Positions 1-11,983 of a stretch of 64,000 nt of DNA are shown piece by piece. The notes under the pieces were generated by a model. It was not told the DNA's origin. It saw only the letters and a program-made list of their open reading frames with translations, and made no database searches. The stretch comes from a bacterium (GTDB lineage: Bacteria; Patescibacteriota; Minisyncoccia; UBA6257; HR35): NCBI GenBank assembly GCA_041640295.1, contig JBEQAR010000004.1:3128-67127 (forward strand), given 5' to 3'. Each line of letters begins with the position of its first letter. Within the stretch, counting starts at the first letter, position 1. Made by a program: the position numbers and the translations under genes.

Positions 1-2847
1 ATTATTAATCAGCTGTTAAGATCACCCGGAGTTTATTTTAGTTTTATTTTATTTGGTGAAAAAAAATTGTTTGGAGCAAAAGTTATTCCTCTTCGAGGAG
101 CTTGGTTAGAATTTCAAATTGAATCCAATAATCTATTACAGGTAAGGATTGATCGAAGAAAAAAAGTTTTAGCTACTGTACTTTTGAAAGCTTTTGGGGT
201 TTCTGAAGAAGAAATCAAAGAAGAATTTAAAGATTTAGACCACAATTTGAATGTCATCCGCGATACTCTTAAAAAAGATGATTTAAAAGATAGCGAAGAT
301 GCTTTACTATATCTTCACTACAAATTAAGAAGCCTTGAACCTAATACTTTTGATAATGCACTTCTGCTTTTTGAAAATCTTTTTAGAAAAAAAGAAAGAT
401 ATTCTCTTTCAGAAGTTGGCCGTTATCATATCAATCGAAGATTAAATTTAGAGAGTAATTCATTATTAATTGAAAAAGAAGATTTGATAGCGATTATAAA
501 AGAAATTTTGAAACTTCAAGCTGATCCTAATGCTCAAGCAGATGAAATCGATGCCCTTTGGAATAGAAGAATTAAGGGTATTGATGAGCTTTTAGAAAAT
601 CAGACAAGAATTGCTTTGACCAGAATGATGAAAACAATTAAAGATAAAATTGCTGTTATAGATAAGTCAGATAAGGTTTACCCCGGGCAATTAATTTATT
701 CTAAAATTTTCTCATCTTCAATTAATGAATTTTTTAATGTTTCACCCTTATCTCAAGTAGCTACTCAAATTAATCTTCTATCTGAATTAGAACATAAAAG
801 AAGATTAACAGCCAGCGGTCCTGGTGGAGTTTCAAAAGAAAGAGCTGGTTTTGAGGTGAGAGATGTTAACCCTACTCATTATGGAAGAATTTGCTGTGTC
901 CAAACACCTGAAGGAACAAATATTGGTTTAATTACTTACCGAGCATTATGTAGCCGAATTAATGATTATGGATTTTTAGAAGCTCCTTATTACCGAGTAA
1001 AAAATGGAAAAGTTGATAAAAGTAAAATTGTTTACTTAACTGCCTTAGAAGAAAAAAAACATAAAATTGCTAGCTCATCAACAAAAATTGATAAAAACGG
1101 AAAAATTTTAGATGATTTAATAGAAGGTAGAGTAAATAACGAACCTACCCTTATTCCTAAAGAAGAAGTAGAATTTATTGATGTTTCTCCTAATCAAATT
1201 TTTTCTGTAGCTGCTAATCTTATTCCATTTTTAAGTAATGATGATGCTAATCGAGCACAAATGGGAGCTAATATGCAAAAACAAGCTGTTCCTTTAATTA
1301 ATCCCCAAGTTCCAATTGTTAGTACTGGTGTTGAAGAAATAGCAGCAAAAAATAGTGGTTATTTAATATGCGCTGAAGCTGATGGTGAAGTCATTGAAGT
1401 TGATGCTGAGCATATTGTTGTTCGTTATCGATATGGAAATAAAAAAGAAAAGAAAGTTTATCATCTTAAAAAATATATTAAAACTAATGATTTTACATTT
1501 ATTAATCAAAAACCAATAGTAAAAATTGGTCAGCGGGTGAAAAAGGGTGATGTTTTAGCTGATGCTGCTGGTACCAAAGATGGTATTTTAGCTTTAGGAA
1601 CTAATTTATTGGTTGCCTTTTTATCGTTTAAGGGGTATAACTTTGAAGACGCGATTGTAGTTTCTGAAAGATTGTTGAAAAACGATACATTTACTTCTAT
1701 TTCTATTGAACAATTTTCAATTGATGTTAGAGATACAAAGTTGGGTAGAGAAGAAACAACATCAGATATTCCTGGAGTTCATGAAAATAAGTTAAGAAAT
1801 CTTGATGAAGAGGGAATCATTAGAATTGGAGCTAAGGTTAAATCAGGAGATATTTTAGTTGGTAAAATTACACCTAAAAAAGATATTGAATTAACACCTG
1901 AAGAAAAATTATTGAAAGCGATATTTGGAGAAAAAGTGCGAGAAGTTAAAGATACATCTCTTTACTTAGAACCAGGTAAATCAGGAAGAGTAACAAGAAT
2001 TAAAGTTCTTGAAAGAAGTCGAGGAGATCTTTTTGATCCTGGAGTAATTAAGAGAATATATGTTGAAATTTCTAAACTAAAAAAATTACAAATTGGTGAT
2101 AAATTAGCTAATAGGCATGGTAACAAAGGTGTTATTTCTGTTATTTTACCTGAAGAGGATATGCCATTTTTGCCTGATGGTAGACCGGTTGATATTATTT
2201 TAAATCCATTAGGTGTAGTTTCGAGAATGAATTTAGGTCAAATACTTGAGATGCATTTAGGTTATGCTGGTTATAAATTAGGATATAGAGCAATAATTCC
2301 AGCAATTTCTGGGGTTTCTGAAGATATTATTAGAGAAGAATTAAAGAAAGCTAATCTACCAGAAGATGGTAAAATGACTCTTTATGATGGAGAAACTGGC
2401 GAACCTTATAAAGAAAAAATTGCTGTAGGAGTAATGTATTTGATGAAATTAGTTCATATGTCAGAAGATAAAATTCACGCTCGATCAATAGGACCATATT
2501 CTTTGATTACCCAACAACCATTAGGAGGTAAGGCTCAATTTGGTGGTCAAAGATTGGGAGAAATGGAAGTTTGGGCATTAGAAGCTTATAGTGCTGTAAA
2601 TATTATTCAAGAAATGTTGACTATTAAATCAGATGATGTTATTGGTCGAGGGCAAACATATACCAAAATAATAAAAGGAGAACCAATAAAATCACCCAGC
2701 ATTCCTTCATCTTTCAATTTATTAGTGAAAGAATTAAATGGTTTAGGATTATCTGTTAAGGTTAAATATTTTGAGGAAAAAGAAAAACAAAAAGAACAAC
2801 CAGAAGAAGTTTTGGGAGAAGAAATTAAAATTAAGGAAGAAAATTAA
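1..2847 (+). CDS. rpoB: DNA-directed RNA polymerase subunit beta (5'-truncated by window edge)
   Basis: Frame open from base 1 ([13 protein letters not shown]); motifs [39 protein letters not shown]. Confidence 0.99.
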   Translation: MINQLLRSPGVYFSFILFGEKKLFGAKVIPLRGAWLEFQIESNNLLQVRIDRRKKVLATVLLKAFGVSEEEIKEEFKDLDHNLNVIRDTLKKDDLKDSEDALLYLHYKLRSLEPNTFDNALLLFENLFRKKERYSLSEVGRYHINRRLNLESNSLLIEKEDLIAIIKEILKLQADPNAQADEIDALWNRRIKGIDELLENQTRIALTRMMKTIKDKIAVIDKSDKVYPGQLIYSKIFSSSINEFFNVSPLSQVATQINLLSELEHKRRLTASGPGGVSKERAGFEVRDVNPTHYGRICCVQTPEGTNIGLITYRALCSRINDYGFLEAPYYRVKNGKVDKSKIVYLTALEEKKHKIASSSTKIDKNGKILDDLIEGRVNNEPTLIPKEEVEFIDVSPNQIFSVAANLIPFLSNDDANRAQMGANMQKQAVPLINPQVPIVSTGVEEIAAKNSGYLICAEADGEVIEVDAEHIVVRYRYGNKKEKKVYHLKKYIKTNDFTFINQKPIVKIGQRVKKGDVLADAAGTKDGILALGTNLLVAFLSFKGYNFEDAIVVSERLLKNDTFTSISIEQFSIDVRDTKLGREETTSDIPGVHENKLRNLDEEGIIRIGAKVKSGDILVGKITPKKDIELTPEEKLLKAIFGEKVREVKDTSLYLEPGKSGRVTRIKVLERSRGDLFDPGVIKRIYVEISKLKKLQIGDKLANRHGNKGVISVILPEEDMPFLPDGRPVDIILNPLGVVSRMNLGQILEMHLGYAGYKLGYRAIIPAISGVSEDIIREELKKANLPEDGKMTLYDGETGEPYKEKIAVGVMYLMKLVHMSEDKIHARSIGPYSLITQQPLGGKAQFGGQRLGEMEVWALEAYSAVNIIQEMLTIKSDDVIGRGQTYTKIIKGEPIKSPSIPSSFNLLVKELNGLGLSVKVKYFEEKEKQKEQPEEVLGEEIKIKEEN

Positions 2848-2849
2848 AA

Positions 2850-5800
2850 ATGGCAATTACTAATCAGGAAGAAATCAAATCAATTTTAATTAAGTTGTCA
2901 TCGCCGGAAGAAATTTTGGAAAATTCTTATGGTGAAGTTTCTAAACCAGAAACGATAAATTATAGAACTGGTAAACCAGATAGAGATGGTTTATTTTCTG
3001 AAGTTATTTTTGGTCCCTTAAAAGATTTTGAATGTTCTTGTGGCAAATATAAAGGTCAACAATTTGCTGGTTTAAAATGTGATCGTTGTGGGGTTGATGT
3101 TATTAGATCTTATGCTCGAAGAGAACGATTGGGACATATTACTTTAGCTACCCCTATTGTTCATATTTGGTTTTTAAAAGTTTATCCCTACCCTATCTCT
3201 TTGATTTTAGATATTCCTAATTTTCAATTAGAAAGAGTTGTTTACTATTCAGCTTATATTATTACTAAAGTAAATGAAGAAGAAAAGGAAAAATTATTAA
3301 AAAATATTGAAAAGGAATATAAAGAGAAAATTAAAGAAACTAAAAATAAAAAAGAAATTGAAGAAACATTTAAAAAGATTAAAGAAGAAATCAATGGCTT
3401 AAAAGTCAAAAGAGTGCTTTCTGATGTTGAATATTATCTTCTCTCCAAAAAATACCCCAATATTTTCGAAGTGGGTATGGGAGCAGAAGTAATTAGAAGA
3501 TTTTTAGAAGAATTAGATTTAAATTCTGCTTACAAAGAAGCTTTAGAAAAATTTAAAAAGGCTAAAGATATTGAAAAGAAGAGGCTTTCGTTAAAGCTTA
3601 AATTACTTAAATCTTTTATTAAAAATAATATTAGACCAGAATGGATGGTTCTAACTATTTTACCTGTTATTCCTCCAGACTTAAGACCAATTGTTACTTT
3701 AGAGGGAGGTAAATTAGTTTCATCAGACCTTAATGATCTTTATAGAAGGATAATTAATCGAAATAACCGCTTGAAAAGATTATACGAAGTTAAAACTCCA
3801 GAAATAATTATCAGAAATGAAAAAAGAATGCTTCAAGAAGCTGTTGATGCCTTATTGGATAATTCTCTTAGAAAAGAGAAGCTAATTGTTTCTAAAAGAA
3901 AAGTTTTAAAATCATTAGCTGATATGTTGAGAGGTAAACAAGGAAGATTTAGACAGAATCTCTTAGGAAAGAGAGTTGATTATTCTGGTAGAGCGGTGAT
4001 TGTTGTTGATCCTAAATTAGCCATTGATGAATTTGGTCTACCTAAAAAAATGGCTTTAGAAATTTTTAAACCATTTATTATTCATGAATTATTAGCTAAA
4101 GAAATTGCTGGTACAATTAAACAAGCATTATATTTAATTGAATCCGAAGATCCCGAAGCCATCCAAGCTTTAAATAATATCATAAAAAACAAATATTGTT
4201 TATTGAACCGAGCACCAACTTTACACCGCTTAGGAATTCAAGCATTTAAACCAATTCTTGTTGAAGGAGTAGCATTAAAAATCCCACCATTAGTTTGTAC
4301 TGCCTTTAATGCTGATTTTGACGGTGATCAAATGGCAGTTTTCTTACCTTTATCTGAAGAAGCTCAAAAAGAAGCAAAAGAAATAATTTTAGCTTCTAAG
4401 AATCATCTTAAGCCAGGCACTGGCGAAATAATTACTAATCCAACTAAAGATATTATTTTGGGTATTTATTACCTTACGCAAATTCTTAAAAATCGAAAAG
4501 GAGAAAATAGTGTGGTCTATGATGGGCAAGAAGCTAAAATTCTTCTTGAACACAAGGTTATTGATTTACAAGCTGAGATTTTGGTTAAAAATTGTAAAAA
4601 TGAAAAAAATATAAAAACCAGCGTTGGAAGAATAATTTTCAATGATGTTTTACCCGATAGTTTTCCTTTTGTTAATAAGACTGTTGATAAAAAAACTATT
4701 GTTAAGATCATTGGAACAATTTATGAACAATATGGTGCAGAAAAAACCTCGTTAATTTTAGATAAAATAAAAGAATTAGGTTTTCACTACGCAACCTTTT
4801 CTGGAATTTCTTGGTCATACAGCGATTTAAGGGGTATTCCTAATAAAGAAGACTTTATTAAAGAAGGTTATGAAAAAGAAAAAGAAGCAATCCATCTCTA
4901 TGAAACTGGTTTTATTGACGAAAGAGAGAAAAAAATAAAAATTATTGATGTTTGGTTGGAAATTGTTGCGAAAATTAACAATAGATTAAAAGAAATTTTA
5001 GAAGACGATAATAATCCTAAAAGAATGATTGATTCTGGTGCTCGTGGTTCTTATACTCAATTAGGACAAATGGCAGGAATGAAAGGTTTGGTAGAAAATC
5101 CAAAAGGTGAAATTATTGACTTGCCTATTATCCATTCTTATAAAGAAGGTTTGACTGCTTTGGAATATTTCATTAGTACTCACGGAGCTAGAAAAGGAGC
5201 TTCAGATACAGCACTGAAAACAGCTCGCGCTGGTTATTTGACAAGAAGAATGGTTGATGTTGCTCATGATGTAATTGTGATTGAAGAAGATTGTAAAGAT
5301 GAAGAAGGAATTGTTTTAACAAAGGAAGAAGCAGAAGAAGTTGGTGAAACATTAGCAAGTAGAATTTTCTCTCGAGTTTCTTTAGAAACTATTGTTGATA
5401 AAGATAATAACATTATTGTTAATAAGGGTGAATACATAACTAAACAATTAGCTGAAGAAATAGAAAAAAATACCAATAAAATTAGAGTTAGGTCACCATT
5501 TACTTGCAAGTCTTTATTTGGAATTTGTGTTAAGTGTTATGGATTTGATTTAGCTTACAATCAGCCTGTTAAGGTTGGTACACCAGTAGGAATTATTGCT
5601 GCTCAATCAATTGGTGAACCGGCAACGCAGTTAACAATGCGTACTTTCCACTTCGGTGGTGTTGCTGGCGCTGGAGATATTACTCAAGGTGTACCTAGGG
5701 CAGAAGAACTTTTAGAAGTTAGAAAACCTAAAAATCAATGTATTTTTTCACCAATTAGCGGAAAAATCGTTCATTTAGAAAAAGTAAATAAATATTATAA

Positions 5801-6386
5801 AGTTACCATTAAAGGAGTTCATCAAAAAAAGATTACTCTTCATATACCTAGTTCAACAAATTTAACATTTAAATTAGGAGAAAGTGTAAAAAAGGGTAAC
5901 CCTCTTAATGATGGTAGCAAAGATCCCAAAGATATTTATGTTTATTACGGTAAAATGGCAGCCTTTAAGTATATAATTAATGAATTAAAGAAAGTTTATA
6001 ATTTCCAAGGCGCTGAAGTTCATGATAAACACATCGAAATTATAATCAGGAAAATGTTTTCCAGAGTAAAAATCAAAGAAATTGGTGATTCTGATTTTGT
6101 TTATGGTGATATTGTTGAAAAAGATATCTTTTTGTATACCAATCAAAAGCTTAAATCAGAAAATAAAAAACCAGCAAAAGGAATTTTATTATTAACCGGA
6201 ATTACTAAAACAGCTTTAACAACAGAAAGCTTTTTATCAGCTGCTTCTTTCCAAGAAACAGCTCGAGTGTTAACAAGAAGTGCTTTAGAATGTAAAGAAG
6301 ATTTATTGCGTGGTTTGAAAGAAAACATTATTTTAGGTAGAAAACCATTTATTGGTAGTAATTTTAAAAAATTTAGTATTGACTAA
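2850..6386 (+). CDS. rpoC: DNA-directed RNA polymerase subunit beta'
   Basis: Catalytic NADFDGDQM motif, N-terminal Zn-finger CSCGKY...CDRC, follows rpoB. Confidence 0.99.
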   Translation: MAITNQEEIKSILIKLSSPEEILENSYGEVSKPETINYRTGKPDRDGLFSEVIFGPLKDFECSCGKYKGQQFAGLKCDRCGVDVIRSYARRERLGHITLATPIVHIWFLKVYPYPISLILDIPNFQLERVVYYSAYIITKVNEEEKEKLLKNIEKEYKEKIKETKNKKEIEETFKKIKEEINGLKVKRVLSDVEYYLLSKKYPNIFEVGMGAEVIRRFLEELDLNSAYKEALEKFKKAKDIEKKRLSLKLKLLKSFIKNNIRPEWMVLTILPVIPPDLRPIVTLEGGKLVSSDLNDLYRRIINRNNRLKRLYEVKTPEIIIRNEKRMLQEAVDALLDNSLRKEKLIVSKRKVLKSLADMLRGKQGRFRQNLLGKRVDYSGRAVIVVDPKLAIDEFGLPKKMALEIFKPFIIHELLAKEIAGTIKQALYLIESEDPEAIQALNNIIKNKYCLLNRAPTLHRLGIQAFKPILVEGVALKIPPLVCTAFNADFDGDQMAVFLPLSEEAQKEAKEIILASKNHLKPGTGEIITNPTKDIILGIYYLTQILKNRKGENSVVYDGQEAKILLEHKVIDLQAEILVKNCKNEKNIKTSVGRIIFNDVLPDSFPFVNKTVDKKTIVKIIGTIYEQYGAEKTSLILDKIKELGFHYATFSGISWSYSDLRGIPNKEDFIKEGYEKEKEAIHLYETGFIDEREKKIKIIDVWLEIVAKINNRLKEILEDDNNPKRMIDSGARGSYTQLGQMAGMKGLVENPKGEIIDLPIIHSYKEGLTALEYFISTHGARKGASDTALKTARAGYLTRRMVDVAHDVIVIEEDCKDEEGIVLTKEEAEEVGETLASRIFSRVSLETIVDKDNNIIVNKGEYITKQLAEEIEKNTNKIRVRSPFTCKSLFGICVKCYGFDLAYNQPVKVGTPVGIIAAQSIGEPATQLTMRTFHFGGVAGAGDITQGVPRAEELLEVRKPKNQCIFSPISGKIVHLEKVNKYYKVTIKGVHQKKITLHIPSSTNLTFKLGESVKKGNPLNDGSKDPKDIYVYYGKMAAFKYIINELKKVYNFQGAEVHDKHIEIIIRKMFSRVKIKEIGDSDFVYGDIVEKDIFLYTNQKLKSENKKPAKGILLLTGITKTALTTESFLSAASFQETARVLTRSALECKEDLLRGLKENIILGRKPFIGSNFKKFSID

Positions 6387-6470
6387 TTAAATTTTATTGC
6401 TTAAAATTATTTATTAAAGAAAATTACAGTTGAATTAACATTAAGATAATTAGTAAAAAATTTAATAAAA

Positions 6471-6475
6471 GGTCG
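6471..6475 (+). promoter_or_regulatory. GGTCG leader motif upstream of tuf (copies also at 28521, 47954, 59493; variants at 26925, 36285 and 35723-35727 on the minus strand)
   Basis: Recurring GC-rich pentamer 21-37 nt before ATG in nearly G/C-free leaders; function unknown. Confidence 0.55.
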
Positions 6476-6505
6476 TATTTAATTATTATCTTAAAAAATT
6501 GAAAA

Positions 6506-7702
6506 ATGGCAGCAAAATTTGAAAGAACAAAACCACACCTTAATGTAGGAACAATTGGTCATATTGACCATGGTAAAACAACATTAACTGCAGCTATTCA
6601 GCATGTCCTTAAATTAAAGGGAATGATAGAAAAGGCTGAATCGGTCGATGAAATTGATAATGCTCCAGAAGAAAAAGCAAGGGGTATTACAATCAATATT
6701 CACCACTCAGAATACGAGACAGAAAAAAGACACTATGCTCACATAGATTGTCCTGGACACGCTGATTATGTTAAAAATATGATTATAGGTGCAGCTCAAA
6801 TGGATGGCGCTATTTTAGTTGTCGCTGCTAATGATGGTGTTATGGCTCAAACTAAGGAACATATTCTTTTGGCTCGTCAGGTTAATGTGCCTGCTATTGT
6901 TGTGTTTTTAAATAAAGTTGATATGGTGCCAGATAAAGAATTAATTGATTTAGCCGAAGAAGATGTTAGAAATGAATTAAAAAAATACGGTTTTCCAGGA
7001 GATGAAGTGCCAGTCATTAGAGGTTCAGCTCTTAAAGCATTAGAAGCTAAATCATTAGATGATGAATGGGCAAAGCCTATTTTAGAACTTTTGGATGCTT
7101 TAGATAATTATATTCCTGAACCAGTTCGTGAAGTCGATAAACCATTTTTATTACCTGTAGAAGATGTTTTTTCTATTGCTGGTCGAGGAACAGTAGTAAC
7201 CGGTAGAGTAGAGCGAGGTATTTTAAAATTAAATGAAGAAGTTGAAATTGTTGGTTTAAGAGATAAATCAATGAAAACAGTCGTTACAGGAATTGAAATG
7301 TTCCATAAACAATTAGATGAAGCTCATCCAGGAGATAATGTCGGTTTACTTTTAAGAGGTATTGCTAAGGAAGATGTTGAAAGAGGAATGGTATTAGCTA
7401 AACCAGGTTCGATTACTCCCCATACTGAATTTGAAGCAGAAGTTTATGTCTTGACACCAGAAGAAGGTGGAAGACATACACCATTCCATTCAGGTTATAA
7501 GCCTCAATTTTATTTTAGAACAACTGATGTTACTGGAGAGATATTCTTAACTGAAGGCATTGAAGCTATTATGCCTGGCGATAATGCTACTTTTAAAGTA
7601 AAATTAATTTATCCTATTGCTCTTGAGGAAGGATTAAGATTTGCAATTCGTGAAGGAGGAAGAACTGTTGGTGCTGGTGTGGTAACAAAGATTATTAAAT
7701 AA
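6506..7702 (+). CDS. tuf: Elongation factor Tu
   Basis: [26 protein letters not shown] motifs. Confidence 0.99.
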   Translation: MAAKFERTKPHLNVGTIGHIDHGKTTLTAAIQHVLKLKGMIEKAESVDEIDNAPEEKARGITINIHHSEYETEKRHYAHIDCPGHADYVKNMIIGAAQMDGAILVVAANDGVMAQTKEHILLARQVNVPAIVVFLNKVDMVPDKELIDLAEEDVRNELKKYGFPGDEVPVIRGSALKALEAKSLDDEWAKPILELLDALDNYIPEPVREVDKPFLLPVEDVFSIAGRGTVVTGRVERGILKLNEEVEIVGLRDKSMKTVVTGIEMFHKQLDEAHPGDNVGLLLRGIAKEDVERGMVLAKPGSITPHTEFEAEVYVLTPEEGGRHTPFHSGYKPQFYFRTTDVTGEIFLTEGIEAIMPGDNATFKVKLIYPIALEEGLRFAIREGGRTVGAGVVTKIIK

Positions 7703-7751
7703 ATTTCATTTTAAATAAATATAAAAATGTAAAGTTAATTATTTATCAGTG

Positions 7752-8078
7752 ATGTCTAACAAGCAAAAAATTGAACAAAAGCTTAGAATTAGGCTAAAAT
7801 CTTACGATCATAAATTAATAGATAAATATGCAAGACAATTGGTAGATTTGCTATTAAAAGAAGGTTTACAAATTAAAGGACCCATTCCGCTACCAACAGA
7901 AATAAAAAAATATACTGTCAACCGGTCAACATTTATTTATAAAGATTCGCGCGAACAATTCGAATTAAGGATTCACAAAAGATTAATTGATATTCTTAAT
8001 CCAAGTCAAAGGATTATTGAACTTTTTTCTTACTTAGATTTACCTTCAGGTGTTGAAATTGAATTAAAGATGATTTAA
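7752..8078 (+). CDS. rpsJ: 30S ribosomal protein S10
   Basis: LRIRLKSYDH, GPIPLPT, SREQFELRIHKRLIDI; ATG at 7752 preferred over GTG at 7749. Confidence 0.97.
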   Translation: MSNKQKIEQKLRIRLKSYDHKLIDKYARQLVDLLLKEGLQIKGPIPLPTEIKKYTVNRSTFIYKDSREQFELRIHKRLIDILNPSQRIIELFSYLDLPSGVEIELKMI

Positions 8079-8122
8079 TTATTAATTAGCTTTTGACCAT
8101 TCTCTAAATTTATATTGCAAAA

Positions 8123-8719
8123 ATGATTAAATTTGGATTAGCTAAAAAATTGAATATGATTACTTATTTTAAAGAGAATGAAGCCGTTCCAGCGACATTG
8201 ATTCAAATGATGAAGTGTACTGTTAAAAAATTGATAAAAGATAATTATACCGCCGTTCAGCTAGAATGTTATGATGATAAGAAAAAAAGATATTTAAAAG
8301 AATTTAGAGTGCCATCAGAATTTATTAATAATTTTCAAATTGGACAAGATATTGATATCAATTTTTTTAATATTGGTGATAAGGTTAATATTACCGGAAT
8401 TTCAAAGGGTAAAGGTTTTCAGGGTGTAGTAAAAAGATGGGGTTTTCGCGATGCTCCTCGAACTCATGGACAGACAACAAAATATCGTCATCCGGGATCA
8501 ATTGGAGCAACAACTCCCCAAAGAGTAAGAAAGGGGTTAAGAATGGCTGGTAGAATGGGTGCGGAAAGAGTGGTGGTTAAAAATTTAGAGATTTTAGATA
8601 TTGATCCAGAGAATAACTTATTGGTAGTTAAAGGAAGTCTTCCTGGGCACAGAAAAGGATTATTAGAAATTAGAAGCAATAATTTAACTCGCAAGGGAAA
8701 ATTACAGATTAAAAAATGA
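8123..8719 (+). CDS. rplC: 50S ribosomal protein L3
   Basis: GISKGKGFQGVVKRWGF, PGSIG, MAGRMG motifs; S10 operon order. Confidence 0.98.
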   Translation: MIKFGLAKKLNMITYFKENEAVPATLIQMMKCTVKKLIKDNYTAVQLECYDDKKKRYLKEFRVPSEFINNFQIGQDIDINFFNIGDKVNITGISKGKGFQGVVKRWGFRDAPRTHGQTTKYRHPGSIGATTPQRVRKGLRMAGRMGAERVVVKNLEILDIDPENNLLVVKGSLPGHRKGLLEIRSNNLTRKGKLQIKK

Positions 8720-9363
8720 AGCTTAAAGTTTTTAATCAACAAGGTCAAGAAGTAGGAGAAATAGAAGTTAATGATATTTTTGATCAATTAGAATTTAATC
8801 CAGCATTAGTTCATCAGGTAATGAGATGGCAAATGATGAATACTTATTATCCTTGGGCTCATACTAAAATAAGAAGTGAGGTTAGTGGTGGTGGAAGAAA
8901 ACCTTGGCGTCAAAAGGGTACTGGTCGAGCTCGACATGGTTCAATTCGTTCTCCTATTTGGCGTGGTGGTGGTGTAGTTTTTGGTCCTCGAAAAGATAAA
9001 ATTAGGAAAATAAAAATAAATAAAAAAATGAAAAGAAAAGCTATTTTAATGGTTTTAGCAGAAAAAATGAAAAAAAATTATGTAAAAGTTTTAGATAATC
9101 TTACCCCGCCAGAGTTTAAAACTAAATTTATGGATAAAATTTTAAGTCAATTTTTAGAAAAAAGAAAAACAAGAAAAAAAAGAGAATCAGCTTTAGTTAT
9201 TATTCCAGAAAATAATAAAAACATCATAAGAGTAGTTAGAAATTTGCCTTATGCTGATGCTATTGAAGCAAGAAATTTAAATATTCTTTCTTTGTTAAGT
9301 CATAAATATTTATTTTTAGAACCAGAAACTATTAAAGTTATTAAGGAAACTTTTGTTAAATAA
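8716..9363 (+). CDS. rplD: 50S ribosomal protein L4
   Basis: RSEVSGGGRKPWRQKGTGRARHGSIRSPIWRGGG. Confidence 0.98.
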   Translation: MKLKVFNQQGQEVGEIEVNDIFDQLEFNPALVHQVMRWQMMNTYYPWAHTKIRSEVSGGGRKPWRQKGTGRARHGSIRSPIWRGGGVVFGPRKDKIRKIKINKKMKRKAILMVLAEKMKKNYVKVLDNLTPPEFKTKFMDKILSQFLEKRKTRKKRESALVIIPENNKNIIRVVRNLPYADAIEARNLNILSLLSHKYLFLEPETIKVIKETFVK

Positions 9364-9369
9364 ATAACA

Positions 9370-9765
9370 ATGTGGTTTAAAAAACGAAAACAAGATCAAG
9401 AGCAAAAACAAGATAAAGAGAGGGAAGAAAAAGAAAAAACTGAGACAAAATCTTCAGCGACTAAAATTGGTAGTGATTTATTTTTAGAAAAAAACTTAGA
9501 ATTATTACCCATTATTAGTGAAAAAACAAAAGCTTTAGTTAATAAAGAAAATACTTATACATTTAAAATTAGACCAGTTAGTGTTAATAAAACGGAAATA
9601 AAAAAAGCAATTGAAAAAATTTTTAAAGTAAAGGTTTTAGGTGTAAGAACAGTTAACTATAAAAAAAGGATACGCGGTAGAACAAGAATTCCTAATGTTA
9701 GATATAGATTTAAAAAAGCTTATGTAAAAATAGCTGACGGACAAAAAATAAATATTTTTGAGTAA
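9370..9765 (+). CDS. rplW: 50S ribosomal protein L23 with charged N-terminal extension
   Basis: PIISEK...NKTEIKKAIEKIFKVKV...KKAYVK core; position after rplD. Confidence 0.93.
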   Translation: MWFKKRKQDQEQKQDKEREEKEKTETKSSATKIGSDLFLEKNLELLPIISEKTKALVNKENTYTFKIRPVSVNKTEIKKAIEKIFKVKVLGVRTVNYKKRIRGRTRIPNVRYRFKKAYVKIADGQKINIFE

Positions 9766-9767
9766 TT

Positions 9768-10535
9768 TTAAGGTTGTGTTCTGATACAAAAAGTTAAAGC
9801 TTCATCATCGCCACTACAATCTCCTAAGCAAATATGTTTTAATACTCCTCCTCTATTTTGTTCACCAAAACAATAATCGGGGTTTCTATATACAGCGATG
9901 TCATTACTACCACTTAAATTTCTTACCCATGTAGCTCCTGGTGGTTGAGTACCTCTTTTGTATACGCCTTCTTTACCTAGACAACTAACTTCATCTTGTT
10001 CACAAGAATAAACTGCTATTAAATCACCAATATCAGCATAAAGATAAGATAACAAAAATTGACCTTCAGTTAGATAAGAATTTTGGTTGCCGAAATCAAA
10101 AACGACTGACATTAATCGGGGTATCATCAATATTCTGCTGTAACTATTAGGATCAACCTGGGTACCAGCACCCAATCTGATTGCTGTTAAATTAGTTGTC
10201 GAATTATAATTTAGTATTCTAAAAATGTTTTTATTGAGATCTATTAAATAACCGCCAGCAGAAGGTTTAGGTTTAAATTCAAAAATCGGATAGCCAAAAG
10301 TACCGTTATCTCCTGAATAATTACCATAATTATCGTCTCTGTAGCTGGAAACACCAAATATCAATTCTCTTTCATAACCGGGTGCGCTTGTGGGATTATA
10401 ATAAAATTTAAAGCCACGATTATCAGTTTTAAAAACAGTAATTCGATTTTGAGCTAAAACAAAACTCGTGGACAATAATAAGATAAATAATAATATATTT
10501 AAAATTTTATCTAATGCAATTAAAAACCTTTTCAT
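9768..10535 (-). CDS. Secreted hypothetical protein with Cys-rich C-terminus, paralog 1 of 3
   Basis: Hydrophobic signal peptide, FKTDNRGF motif, C-terminal C..CLGK.G..NP..CFG..LT.C pattern shared with neighbours. Confidence 0.8.
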   Translation of the reverse strand: MKRFLIALDKILNILLFILLLSTSFVLAQNRITVFKTDNRGFKFYYNPTSAPGYERELIFGVSSYRDDNYGNYSGDNGTFGYPIFEFKPKPSAGGYLIDLNKNIFRILNYNSTTNLTAIRLGAGTQVDPNSYSRILMIPRLMSVVFDFGNQNSYLTEGQFLLSYLYADIGDLIAVYSCEQDEVSCLGKEGVYKRGTQPPGATWVRNLSGSNDIAVYRNPDYCFGEQNRGGVLKHICLGDCSGDDEALTFCIRTQP

Positions 10536-10537
10536 TT

Positions 10538-11197
10538 TTAAAAATTAGTTCTAACACAAATAGTTAAACCAGCCTCCACCCCGCTAATAATTCCCATTAA
10601 TAAACCCTCGTGAATAACCTTTCCAAAACCAGGAGAATTACCGAAACAAAAAGATGGATTACCTGATTTACCCAAACAAGTTGGTGGATTTGAATCCCAC
10701 CATTCTCTTTCTTCACAAGTATAAATAGCTATTAAATCTCCTATTAAACCATAAACTTTAGCATAATTTTGGTAATAACCGCCGTTAGGTGCCGGTTGAT
10801 AATGATAAAGGTAGATATTTCCATTGGAATTACCACCAGAAATATTAGGTGGAGCTAAATCAACTATTATTGATTGCTTTGTGATTGTATTGTAAGAATA
10901 AATAAGGGTTCTACCATAGAAAGGTCTAATTAATAATTGATGTTGATTTAAAGCATTATTAGTATTTGTTGAATAAAAAGATAGCTGAGAAAGAAGTCCA
11001 GAATCAGTAATTGCTTTTGAGATTTCGAAATTATAATTACCCCATTGTGTTGGAAAACGTAAAATAAAACCATTATTGTCTGATTTAAATGTTGTATAAT
11101 TAAATGATTGAGCAGAAACTAAATACAAATTTATTCCAATAAGTAAAACTATTATTAATTTTAAAAAAATCTTTATTTTTATATTTAAATTTTTCAT
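10538..11197 (-). CDS. Secreted hypothetical protein with Cys-rich C-terminus, paralog 2 of 3
   Basis: Signal peptide, FKSDNNGF, GDLIAIYTC..TCLGKSGNPSFCFG..LTICV. Confidence 0.8.
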   Translation of the reverse strand: MKNLNIKIKIFLKLIIVLLIGINLYLVSAQSFNYTTFKSDNNGFILRFPTQWGNYNFEISKAITDSGLLSQLSFYSTNTNNALNQHQLLIRPFYGRTLIYSYNTITKQSIIVDLAPPNISGGNSNGNIYLYHYQPAPNGGYYQNYAKVYGLIGDLIAIYTCEEREWWDSNPPTCLGKSGNPSFCFGNSPGFGKVIHEGLLMGIISGVEAGLTICVRTNF

Positions 11198-11207
11198 TAT
11201 CTATGTA

Positions 11208-11873
11208 TTAATCTAAAACGCATATTGTTAAAGCAGAATCATCTCCATTTCCCCCTCCGCAATCACCTGTACATATTTCTTGTAAAACTCGACCAGCATT
11301 GTTTCCAAAACATGTATTTGGATTGGTATGAATTCTTCTATTTTGATTCCAGATTACTCCTGGTGGCAATTGTTCAGGCTGTGTTCCAGTATAATATCCT
11401 CTCTTTCCTAAGCATGTACCAACAGGTGAACTATCTAACCAATCATTCCAAGAACAATTATAAATAGCAATTGCTTTTTCTAAATTAGCGTATATTGCAG
11501 CATATTGAAGACCAGGTCTTAATCTATTTTCATACAAAAAATAAACTGAACCTGTATTTGGTCTTAGATTTATAGAAACATATTTATCTGCTTCAGTATA
11601 ATCACGCAGGGTTGAATAGATATAACTTCCACCATAATGTGATGGTCTAATAATAGCTCTTAATCCAGTTGAACTTCCAAATAATAAATAGGGTGAAATT
11701 TCATCACTATCTAATCTTAATTCAGCTCTACTATTCTGAGTGGTAATAAATTTAAATCCTCTATTTTCTGTTTTAAATAAAGTAAATTTGTTACTTTGGC
11801 CAAAAACAAAATTTATTATTAAGATAATAAAAATCAAAGATAAAGTTAATATCACTAATTTTTTATAATTCAT
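11208..11873 (-). CDS. Secreted hypothetical protein with Cys-rich C-terminus, paralog 3 of 3
   Basis: Signal peptide, FKTENRGF, IAIYNC..TCLGKRG..NPNTCFG..LTICV. Confidence 0.8.
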   Translation of the reverse strand: MNYKKLVILTLSLIFIILIINFVFGQSNKFTLFKTENRGFKFITTQNSRAELRLDSDEISPYLLFGSSTGLRAIIRPSHYGGSYIYSTLRDYTEADKYVSINLRPNTGSVYFLYENRLRPGLQYAAIYANLEKAIAIYNCSWNDWLDSSPVGTCLGKRGYYTGTQPEQLPPGVIWNQNRRIHTNPNTCFGNNAGRVLQEICTGDCGGGNGDDSALTICVLD

Positions 11874-11983
11874 TTTTATTTTATAATTTTATAATATTAA
11901 ATAATATTAAATTATAAAAATATTTCAAATTAATTCAAATAATCATAATTTATACTTGATTAAAAATTTTTTTTAACTAAGCT

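Noticed and set aside
67-2847. ORF-track start of rpoB at TTG 67
   Set aside because: The frame is open and RpoB-like from base 1; the real start is upstream of the window
4517-8787. Minus-strand ORFs 4517-4711, 5264-5509, 6143-6328, 8488-8787
   Set aside because: Antisense shadows of rpoC and rplC/rplD with no recognisable motifs
9768-11873. Diversity-generating retroelement or shufflon acting on the three paralogs
   Set aside because: No reverse transcriptase or recombinase in the window, no near-identical template repeat with adenine-specific differences, no inverted cassettes
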